A stretch of 64,000 nucleotides of DNA from a virus (IMGVR_UViG_3300021255_002694), one strand, 5' to 3'. Shown: positions 10,443-17,737, counted from the first letter of the stretch. Made by a program: numbers and translations. Notes: generated by a model not told the origin, from the sequence alone.

Positions 10443-12155
10443 ATGGAACTTAGTAAACAGCAGAGAGAAATTGTTGATTCCAAAAGTAAGAAAATAATTG
10501 TTGATGCTGGTTCTGGTTCTGGTAAAACACGAGTTCTAACAGAGAGAGTTAGAAAGTTACTCAGCAGCGGAGTAAACCCATACTCCGTTGTTGTGATAAC
10601 TTTCACAAACATGGCAGCTAATGAGTTGTATGACAGATTGTCAGATGTTAAAAACTCGGATAAATGCTTTATTGGAACAATACATGCATATGCTCACAAG
10701 CTATTAAAGAAATCAGGATATGATTTTGATATATTTTCTGAATACTATCAGACTTTATACATGACAGAGTTGTTAAAGAAATATGGATACTATGCAACCG
10801 TTGATGACTATAATTTATTCTTAAAATATGATAAAATGATTGCATCAGGAAAAATGCAAAAATCTGATCTAAGAAACAAATTCACTGATTACAAAGTATA
10901 TGATGAACTAATGGCACTTCTCGGCAGAGTAAAGCGATCATCATATAAAGAAACGGTTGTTACAATGTGCAAAGAAAACAATGTAATAACTTTTGATGAA
11001 CTAATTGATTTAGCAACAAAGTATTTTAAGGACAGTAACACGAAATTAGAATATCTTTTTGTTGATGAACTTCAAGATATTGGTTATCTTGAATATAACT
11101 TCTTGCTTAGTTTGAATGCTGAAAACTACTTCTTTATCGGTGACGATTATCAATGTCAACCAGCCGGAACAAAGGTGAATATTGTTTGTCATCCAAATAC
11201 AGACATATCCGAAGTAAAGGTTGGAGATTGGATTCAGTCAGCAGAAAGAACATCTGATGGCAAGTTTTGTCATACAAATCTAATGAAGAGAGTTATCAAT
11301 GTTCAAAAGAGCATTTCACCAGAGATATATACTGTCAAAACTATTGACGGTAGAACATCATCATATACACCAAATCATAGATGTGTTGTTGGTGTATTTG
11401 ATAAAGAAACATGCAATATCCATATTGAAGAAGTGCTTGCAAAGAATCTGAATAAGTATATGTACGCTATTGTTATAAAGAATGATAGGTACATGTTTGA
11501 TCGGATTGTAAGTATAGATCATGTTGAAAAAGATACTGATGTTTACTGCCTAGAGGTTGATGATGGATTATATTTTGCAGACGGTATGCTTACACACAAC
11601 AGCATCTTTTCATTTAAAGGTGGAGATGTAAATATTTTCCTATCTTTAATGCATAATGAAGAGTGGCAACCATATTTTCTTACTGAGAACTACAGAACAG
11701 CAAGATCAATTTTAATGTATGCAAATTCCATTGTTCAGAATGCAGATGATATAATTAAAAAAGATGTTGAGTTCAAGAATGAAAATGTTGGAAGCCTTGA
11801 ATTTAACACAAAGTCACAGCTTGAAAAATTCTTATCTGACCTGAATCCAAATGATGATTGGTTTATTCTAACACGATCAAATAAGGAAATGAGCGCGATT
11901 GATTTAATTTTAAAGAAGTTGAATAAAGAACACTACTGCTTTAAGCAATCTACAACAGCACCTAAAAAGATCAATGAGATATTATCGAAGCCGTGTATAA
12001 AGGTTATGACAATACATGCATCTAAAGGTCTTGAATGTGATAATGTTGCACTGTATGGAAAACTGCCTGTAAAGGGAAAAGGTCAATCGGAAGAACTAAA
12101 AGTTTATTATGTCGGTATAACAAGATCAAAAGATAGATGTGTTATTTTTGTGTGA
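10443..12155 (+). CDS. uvrD: UvrD/Rep-family SF1 helicase, compact, with mini-intein
   Basis: AGSGSGKT, ITFTN, GTIH, VDELQD, GDDYQ|SIFSFKG, NYRT, TIHASKGLE, YVGITR. Confidence 0.9.
   Translation: MELSKQQREIVDSKSKKIIVDAGSGSGKTRVLTERVRKLLSSGVNPYSVVVITFTNMAANELYDRLSDVKNSDKCFIGTIHAYAHKLLKKSGYDFDIFSEYYQTLYMTELLKKYGYYATVDDYNLFLKYDKMIASGKMQKSDLRNKFTDYKVYDELMALLGRVKRSSYKETVVTMCKENNVITFDELIDLATKYFKDSNTKLEYLFVDELQDIGYLEYNFLLSLNAENYFFIGDDYQCQPAGTKVNIVCHPNTDISEVKVGDWIQSAERTSDGKFCHTNLMKRVINVQKSISPEIYTVKTIDGRTSSYTPNHRCVVGVFDKETCNIHIEEVLAKNLNKYMYAIVIKNDRYMFDRIVSIDHVEKDTDVYCLEVDDGLYFADGMLTHNSIFSFKGGDVNIFLSLMHNEEWQPYFLTENYRTARSILMYANSIVQNADDIIKKDVEFKNENVGSLEFNTKSQLEKFLSDLNPNDDWFILTRSNKEMSAIDLILKKLNKEHYCFKQSTTAPKKINEILSKPCIKVMTIHASKGLECDNVALYGKLPVKGKGQSEELKVYYVGITRSKDRCVIFV
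11154..11600 (+). mobile_element. Mini-intein (149 aa) in helicase motif III
   Basis: Starts CQPAGTKV, block B TPNH, ends VYCLEVDDGLYFADGMLTHN followed by +1 Ser. No endonuclease domain. Confidence 0.92.
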
Positions 12156-12165
12156 GGTATTTAAT

Positions 12166-12897
12166 ATGAGTGATTATGAATTTGATTTTGCAGGGTATGC
12201 AAATAGTGGATCAGAACAAACATCTAAAGATTTGGAAGAATTTGCAAAGGATGTTTTCGGAGAAGATGATCCAACAAAATCGCCTAAAGATAGATTTATT
12301 TTAATATACAAAAACAACATTAAACGCGAGGGATCAAGTGATCTTCTAGCATATCTTGAACAAAACGGTTTCTTTCATGCTCCGGCAAGTACAAAATATC
12401 ACGGTGCTTTTAAGGGTGGTTTGTGTCTACATTCTGTGAATGTATACCTCAATCTTCATGATGAATTACGTCAAATTTATGGTTCAGATTATAGAAAAGT
12501 ATACTCAGATGAAACAATCGCTATTGTATCTCTACTTCACGATGTTTGTAAGATTGATAAGTATATTGAAGTTGAGAAAAATGTTAAGAATAATGAAACA
12601 GGTCAATGGGAACTTACAAAGTGTTTTGAATACAATAAAGATCAGCCCAGACTTGGACATGGTTCATCTTCTGTTTACATGATTCTTGATCATATGAAAC
12701 TAACACTTGAAGAAAAACAAGCAATTCACTGGCATATGGGACCATTTGATCTATCTACATATGAATCAACATATGACATGGGTGATACATTCAATAAAAA
12801 TACTCTTGCATTTGCACTTCATATTGCAGACATGACAGCGACATATATTGACGAAAATGAATATTTTAAGCCGATAGAGGATGATTGTGATGGTTGA
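12166..12897 (+). CDS. HD-domain phosphohydrolase
   Basis: APASTKYH...GGLCLHS...LLHDVCK...GHG...HWHMG...HIAD. Confidence 0.85.
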   Translation: MSDYEFDFAGYANSGSEQTSKDLEEFAKDVFGEDDPTKSPKDRFILIYKNNIKREGSSDLLAYLEQNGFFHAPASTKYHGAFKGGLCLHSVNVYLNLHDELRQIYGSDYRKVYSDETIAIVSLLHDVCKIDKYIEVEKNVKNNETGQWELTKCFEYNKDQPRLGHGSSSVYMILDHMKLTLEEKQAIHWHMGPFDLSTYESTYDMGDTFNKNTLAFALHIADMTATYIDENEYFKPIEDDCDG

Positions 12898-13222
12898 TAG
12901 TGATAAATTCAATTTCAGAGAACCTGAAACATTTTCATACGATAATGTGAATATTGGAATTGAACTTGAAGCAACAACATTAAATCCATCAGATGATGAA
13001 GTTATCGTTGTTCAATATCCGGATGTCTGTGTTTCAAGGAATGAAATTATGCATATTGCAGATGCACTCAGAAAATCTTTGAAACAAAGTTTTCCTAATA
13101 ATGACATCATATTCATTCCAAATGATATAAATGTTGATTCTTTTAATAGCAGAGAAGTGATTGATCGTCTTAGATCACTTGCTGATAAACTAGAGAAAGA
13201 ACATAGCGAAAATAATAATTGA
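12881..13222 (+). CDS. Hypothetical protein
   Basis: Coupled ORF, no recognised motif. Confidence 0.5.
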   Translation: MIVMVDSDKFNFREPETFSYDNVNIGIELEATTLNPSDDEVIVVQYPDVCVSRNEIMHIADALRKSLKQSFPNNDIIFIPNDINVDSFNSREVIDRLRSLADKLEKEHSENNN

Positions 13223-13375
13223 TATAATATAAAAATTAAACATTATCATACCATATGAAGTACGCCTTTAATGGTGCTTTGGATAATTGAAATTGTGGCA
13301 GTTGTCTTTGGACTAAGCCTAAGTGCGGATGGATGCGTCTGTCCGCACTTTCAATTCAAAGGAGTGTGACTTTAT

Positions 13376-13618
13376 ATGGTAATGGTTGTCTCCATACTCG
13401 GTGCTTTATGTAGTCTTGGTGGAAATATTTTAATTATGCTGAAAAAGAAATCCGGTTGGATTGTATGGGTTCTCGGCAACTTATTTTGGATCATTTACAA
13501 TTTTATGTCAAAACCTAATTTACCGATGATAGTAATGTACCTAGTCTACATTGTTATAAATATACTCGGATATTGTAAATGGTGTGATAAAGAAGATAAG
13601 ACAAAGATTGAAATGTAA
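13376..13618 (+). CDS. Small PnuC-like membrane protein
   Basis: Three hydrophobic helices, GWIVWVLGN...YLVY...LGY..W pattern, AAGGAG RBS. Confidence 0.55.
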   Translation: MVMVVSILGALCSLGGNILIMLKKKSGWIVWVLGNLFWIIYNFMSKPNLPMIVMYLVYIVINILGYCKWCDKEDKTKIEM

Positions 13619-13670
13619 ATATTGCACAAATTTCTGCATAATATGTGTTCTTATTTTTACTGAAAAATGC

Positions 13671-13699
13671 TTGACAAATCTAAAATAATGTGGTATACT
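13671..13699 (+). promoter_or_regulatory. SigA-type promoter
   Basis: TTGACA-17-TATACT with TG. Confidence 0.75.
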
Positions 13700-13725
13700 A
13701 TATTTGTAAACGAGAGGTGATATAT

Positions 13726-14010
13726 GTGAAAGAAGTAGAGAAAGAAATTGAAACTCTGATCGTAAGTAAATCACAGATCATCGTAACACTTAAAAGTGTT
13801 CTTATCAACGGTGAGTTCGGAACTGTCACATTTCGTAAATATAGCACTGCTTCGTTAGGAATGACATCTTTCGGTCTTTTACCGTTTGAGAGATACTTTA
13901 TAATTGCCGAAACATCAAACGATAAAGTAACTTTTGAATGCACTAAAGAGGAAGGAAATTCTCTTTATAAATATGTAAAGGATAAAAGAGAGTTCAATTT
14001 TGATGAATAA
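13726..14010 (+). CDS. Hypothetical protein
   Basis: GTG start after GAGGTG. Confidence 0.5.
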   Translation: MKEVEKEIETLIVSKSQIIVTLKSVLINGEFGTVTFRKYSTASLGMTSFGLLPFERYFIIAETSNDKVTFECTKEEGNSLYKYVKDKREFNFDE

Positions 14011-14041
14011 TATCTTTGTTGCAAGATAGGTTGATATAACT

Positions 14042-14335
14042 ATGTGGATGGATTTTTGTGATATCATAGAAACTATTATTGATGTAATAAAAGAGCATAT
14101 CAAACTCTTTATATTCATTGTTGTAGTGTTTATATGTCTATTTGTAGTTATTCCGAATCAGCGAATGAATGACATCAAATCTAGTAAATCTATACGTGTT
14201 GATGGAGTTACTTACAGCACATCACAAATAGAGTCTTTTGACATAATTTATCACAGATACGGCAAAGATGAATATGTAATCGTCTTAAAGGATGGAACAA
14301 AAATATATTTCAACGAATACACTTTAATAAACTGA
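14042..14335 (+). CDS. Hypothetical membrane-anchored protein
   Basis: One hydrophobic segment (LFIFIVVVFICLFVVI). Confidence 0.5.
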   Translation: MWMDFCDIIETIIDVIKEHIKLFIFIVVVFICLFVVIPNQRMNDIKSSKSIRVDGVTYSTSQIESFDIIYHRYGKDEYVIVLKDGTKIYFNEYTLIN

Positions 14336-14381
14336 GTGATTACTATATTGATTAGTAAACATAAAACTATGAGGTAAATTT

Positions 14382-14822
14382 ATGAGAAAGAATTGCAAGA
14401 CGTTTGAACAGTGGGCGGATTCACAATATAGTGAATATATAGGAGTTCGGGATAAGGAGTCCAGTCGCCTTAGAGATCATCTTACAGTTTCAGATGATAA
14501 GTTTGTAGAGGTTGCTATTTACAGCACAAGGACAAAGAAAATCGGAATTGCAAGGTGTCATGAGGATACATCTCAGATTTATATTGGCTATGCTGTTGCA
14601 TGGGCAAGATATAAGGGAGAGGCTATTCCTGAAATCCCAAACTACGAAGCTGTAAAGAATCTTGCAAATGGCGATCGGTTTGAATATCTTGGAAAAATGT
14701 ATGTTGCGGATTCTCAGTGTGATTTTAACAGCAACCTTAGATATTGTCTTGCAGTAAGAAAAAGTGATGAGAAACGAAAGATAACCACATTCGACAAAAA
14801 TTTGATTGTTGTGAAGCTGTAA
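14382..14822 (+). CDS. Hypothetical protein
   Basis: GAGGT RBS; GIARCH...IGYAVAWAR motif typical of small phage proteins. Confidence 0.55.
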   Translation: MRKNCKTFEQWADSQYSEYIGVRDKESSRLRDHLTVSDDKFVEVAIYSTRTKKIGIARCHEDTSQIYIGYAVAWARYKGEAIPEIPNYEAVKNLANGDRFEYLGKMYVADSQCDFNSNLRYCLAVRKSDEKRKITTFDKNLIVVKL

Positions 14823-14838
14823 AAATTAAAAAAAAAAT

Positions 14839-14909
14839 AGGAAGTTAGTTAAGTGGTAGAACGGCAGTCTCCAAAACTGCATACAGAGGTTCGATTCCTC
14901 TACTTCCTG
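14839..14909 (+). tRNA. trnW: tRNA-Trp(CCA)
   Basis: Cloverleaf AGGAAGT/ACTTCCT, GCAGT-CTCCAAA-ACTGC, TTCGATT. Confidence 0.92.
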
Positions 14910-14916
14910 TTCATAC

Positions 14917-14989
14917 GTGCCTGTAGCTCAGTTGGTAGAGCAACGCCCTTTTAAGGCGAAGGTCATGGATTCGAGTTCCATCAGGCACA
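14917..14989 (+). tRNA. trnK: tRNA-Lys(TTT)
   Basis: GTGCCTG/CAGGCAC, loop CTTTTAA. Confidence 0.92.
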
Positions 14990-15075
14990 CTCATTGACAT
15001 TTATATAGGTAAGACACTTTAATGAACTGACAAAAGCATTTTAATTATTTGACATTTTCTAACCTCACTTTCTAT

Positions 15076-15136
15076 AAAGAACCAAATCCTGATCAGGTTC
15101 TAGTCGAAATAGTTTTCGATTTGTTTGAGATCAGGA
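15076..15136 (+). ncRNA. Repeated structured RNA motif, copy 1
   Basis: AAAGAACC - stem TCCTGATC/GATCAGGA with internal loop GGTTCT/TGTTTG and an inner hairpin. Confidence 0.55.
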
Positions 15137-15173
15137 ATCATAGATTTTATGAAAAAAAAATTCAAAAAACCAC

Positions 15174-15202
15174 TTGACAAAATTAAAAAATTGTGATATA
15201 CT
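15174..15202 (+). promoter_or_regulatory. SigA-type promoter
   Basis: TTGACA-17-TATACT with TG. Confidence 0.8.
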
Positions 15203-15237
15203 ATATATGTAATTGACATAGAATTACTCCTATTGGC

Positions 15238-15295
15238 AAAAAACCATTACAGCTAGGTTTCAATAAGTGCAAGTTATTGTTTTTGAAGCTGTTAA
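15238..15295 (+). ncRNA. Repeated structured RNA motif, copy 2
   Basis: AAAAAACC - stem ACAGCT/AGCTGT, internal loop GGTTT/TTTTTG, inner CAATAA/TTATTG. Confidence 0.55.
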
Positions 15296-15344
15296 GCATT
15301 TAGTGAATTACACTACCAAAAACGGAAAGTATTGTTAGTGATTC

Positions 15345-15404
15345 AAAAAAAAACCAAAGCAACTAGGTTTCAGATAATTTCACATTCTGTTTTTGAAGTT
15401 GCTT
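15345..15404 (+). ncRNA. Repeated structured RNA motif, copy 3
   Basis: AAAAAACC - stem AAGCAACT/AGTTGCTT, internal loop GGTTT/TTTTTG, inner CAGA/TCTG. Confidence 0.55.
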
Positions 15405-15605
15405 ATATTCGAGTGCTTGAAACAGGAGTGGGGTAATCCATTTAAGGCATATGGCATGTACAGTAACCATTAGAGTTCTAGGAAACTCTTTTGGAGCTGA
15501 TTGCATGTATCGTCACAGGAGATGACTCAGATGTGTTTGATTTCCTAGAATCACACATACCACGATTCAAGTAGTGGCACTCCTGTTTCAAACACTTGAG
15601 TATAT
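15405..15605 (+). ncRNA. Unassigned ~200-nt multibranch RNA with kissing loops
   Basis: ~26-bp terminal stem (15405-15430/15578-15605), with complementary loops CTAGGA (15478) and TCCTAG (15543). Confidence 0.6.
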
Positions 15606-15677
15606 TCCCCTATAGTTCAGTTGGTAGAATGTGGGACTGTTAATCCTAAGACACTGGTTCAAGTCCAGTTGGGGGAG
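15606..15677 (+). tRNA. trnN: tRNA-Asn(GTT)
   Basis: TCCCCTA/TGGGGGA, loop CTGTTAA. Confidence 0.92.
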
Positions 15678-15685
15678 TTCATTAT

Positions 15686-15759
15686 GGTTCGGTAGTTCAG
15701 TTGGTTAGAATGCTTGCCTGTCACGCAAGAGGTCGTGGGTTCGATCCCCATCCGAATCG
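15686..15759 (+). tRNA. trnD: tRNA-Asp(GTC)
   Basis: GGTTCGG/CCGAATC, loop CTGTCAC. Confidence 0.92.
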
Positions 15760-15963
15760 CTCAAATCACATGGCAGCAAAAATCTTGGTTGAAACAAATG
15801 AATGAGTGGCTATAGGTGATAATATGTAGATGAAAATGCTCACACCTTACCATATGCACCATAGAACCGATTGAGAATAGGGTGTAAAAGCCTTGACTAA
15901 AAGTTTAATGCTCATTGTGTGATCGCCTAAATAAAGCTGGGAATAGGGCGAAATTAAAAAAAT

Positions 15964-16110
15964 CACCTAGTTTCGGTGCAACACTTATCACGGTGCATCG
16001 TTGGTAAGTGTCAAGTGGTATCCGAATATACAAACCGGATGATATTACAGAGGAATGCACTTCTTTGTAGTATTTGAAAGTCGTTGAGGGTTCGATTCCC
16101 TCCTAGGTGT
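15964..16110 (+). ncRNA. tRNA-like RNA with expanded arms
   Basis: Acceptor CACCTAG/CTAGGTG and canonical T-arm GAGGG-TTCGATT-CCCTC, with ~115 nt of extra hairpins between. Confidence 0.6.
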
Positions 16111-16207
16111 TTAAAATAAAAGGGAGTTAAGTCGTGGCGGCTTGAGCCTGTTTTAAGGTTCGGGGTGTACCGTACCACGCTAGCCCAAAGTCCATAAACA
16201 CCCATAT

Positions 16208-16294
16208 GCTGGTGTGGTGAAATTGGAAGACACAGCGTGCTTAAACCGCGCTTCCGGATGCGGAGTATGGGTTCAAGTCCCATCACCAGTACCA
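16208..16294 (+). tRNA. trnL: tRNA-Leu(TAA)
   Basis: GCTGGTG/CACCAGT-ACCA, long variable arm, loop CTTAAAC. Confidence 0.9.
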
Positions 16295-16320
16295 ATATAT
16301 TAAAGCAAAATTTATTTAAT

Positions 16321-16410
16321 GGCAGCGTGGCAGAGTCCGGCTTAATGCACCAGTCTTGAAAACTGGCGTTCCGAAAGGGACCGTTGGTCCGAATCCAACC
16401 GCTGTCGCCA
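16321..16410 (+). tRNA. trnS: tRNA-Ser(TGA)
   Basis: GGCAGCG/CGCTGTC-GCCA, long variable arm, loop CTTGAAA. T-loop is TCCGAAT. Confidence 0.9.
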
Positions 16411-16412
16411 AT

Positions 16413-16485
16413 GCTGATATAACTCAACTGGCAGAGTAGTGGTTTTGTAAACCACAAGTTGTGGGTTCAAGTCCCTCTATCAGCT
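16413..16485 (+). tRNA. trnT: tRNA-Thr(TGT)
   Basis: GCTGATA/TATCAGC, loop TTTGTAA. Confidence 0.9.
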
Positions 16486-16506
16486 TCAAAAATTTACAGT
16501 AAAGGC

Positions 16507-16535
16507 TTGACAAAAACAGAATTTTATGCTATAAT
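16507..16535 (+). promoter_or_regulatory. SigA-type promoter
   Basis: TTGACA-17-TATAAT with TG (perfect consensus). Confidence 0.85.
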
Positions 16536-16570
16536 ATTTGTATGACATACTTTATCAACTCTTTTGAATC

Positions 16571-16630
16571 AAAAAACATGCAGTGATGTTTCTATGGATA
16601 TGATTTATGTCTATAGTTTTAGTAACTACA
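16571..16630 (+). ncRNA. Repeated structured RNA motif, copy 4 (divergent)
   Basis: AAAAAACAT...ATGTTT, inner CTATGGATAT/ATGTCTATAG, then TTTTAG. Outer stem imperfect. Confidence 0.4.
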
Positions 16631-16637
16631 AAATTAA

Positions 16638-16711
16638 CGGAGTGTGGCTCAGTTTGGTAGATCGCCTGGTTTGGGACCAGGATGCCGCAGGTTCAAGTCC
16701 TGTCACTCCGA
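16638..16711 (+). tRNA. trnP: tRNA-Pro(TGG)
   Basis: CGGAGTG/CACTCCG, loop TTTGGGA. Confidence 0.92.
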
Positions 16712-16718
16712 TTTAACT

Positions 16719-16794
16719 GGAAGGGTAGCTCAGACGGTTAGCAAGCAGCGGTCTTATAAACCGCAGGTCGTGGGTTCGAGTCCCACCTCTTCCA
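16719..16794 (+). tRNA. trnI: tRNA-Ile(TAT)
   Basis: GGAAGGG/CTCTTCC-A, GCGGT-CTTATAA-ACCGC. Confidence 0.88.
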
Positions 16795-16928
16795 TTCATG
16801 CTCTACGGAGCGTAATTGATCTTCTGCTATACTGATCAAATCTAATACATCATCACGAAGGCAGAGTAGTGGTGATGTAATTATGAATAACATTATACTT
16901 GCTTTAATTGTAAGTAAATCATGTTTTT

Positions 16929-17015
<87 letters not shown>

Positions 17016-17176
17016 GTTTAGTCATAGGACCGTTGGAGGCTACGATTTACCGATGCAGTCCAGTCAAGGTAATCCCCTAAATCTACACAGGGAACAGAGG
17101 GTATGCAAACGGTGTGTTACTCTAGCAGTAGAAAACATAGCACCGTGACTGATAGGAGAGACTATCACTTATATAT

Positions 17177-17314
17177 GCAGGAATCGTCTAAATGTGGTTG
17201 CGACCAAAAAGAAAGAGTTTGCATTATTCCTAGGTAAGTGATGTGAACTTTAGTAATCCGTAGGACACGAACTGATCATTCGGATGTAGGAGTAGCGACC
17301 TGCTTCCTGCACCA
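17177..17314 (+). ncRNA. tRNA-Ile(GAT)-like RNA with ~65-nt D-loop insertion
   Basis: GCAGGAA/TTCCTGC-ACCA, anticodon arm CGAA-CTGATCA-TTCG, non-canonical T-loop, long hairpin inside the D-loop. Confidence 0.6.
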
Positions 17315-17318
17315 ATAT

Positions 17319-17390
17319 GGCTCTTTCGTCAAGTGGTTAAGACCTCTGTCCGCAAAGCAGATGTCGCTGGTTCAAATCCGGCAAGAGCCT
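17319..17390 (+). tRNA. trnC: tRNA-Cys(GCA)
   Basis: GGCTCTT/AAGAGCC-U73, loop CCGCAAA (C33 instead of U33). Confidence 0.85.
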
Positions 17391-17662
17391 TATATGCCCA
17401 AGCACCAGTCCTGAAAAGCACGGTTTGTGTAGCACACAAATGTCAGATGCATAAAGTCAGGTTAAAGTTGAAATTCGCTTGTGCAAAGAATACGGAACTT
17501 CACCGTAGGAGAACAGGTAGACGTACCCAAGAGTAAGTTGCAAGGGCTTAGAACTCTTAGCACGTAGCGTCAACGGAGTCCGGAATCAGGTTAGGATGGT
17601 TTCTTTGAAATATATGCACCGATAAATGTGGTGTCCTGATGAATGACGTAAAAAACCATTTT

Positions 17663-17737
17663 GCAGATGTAGTTTAATGGCTAGAACCTGTGACTTCCAC
17701 TCACAAGACGGGGGTTCGATTCCCCTCATCTGCTCCA
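17663..17737 (+). tRNA. trnG: tRNA-Gly(TCC)
   Basis: GCAGATG/CATCTGC-TCCA, loop CTTCCAC. Confidence 0.92.

Noticed and set aside
17595-17662. Hammerhead ribozyme suggested by CTGATGA
   Set aside because: No stem II followed by GAAA; the catalytic core is incomplete.
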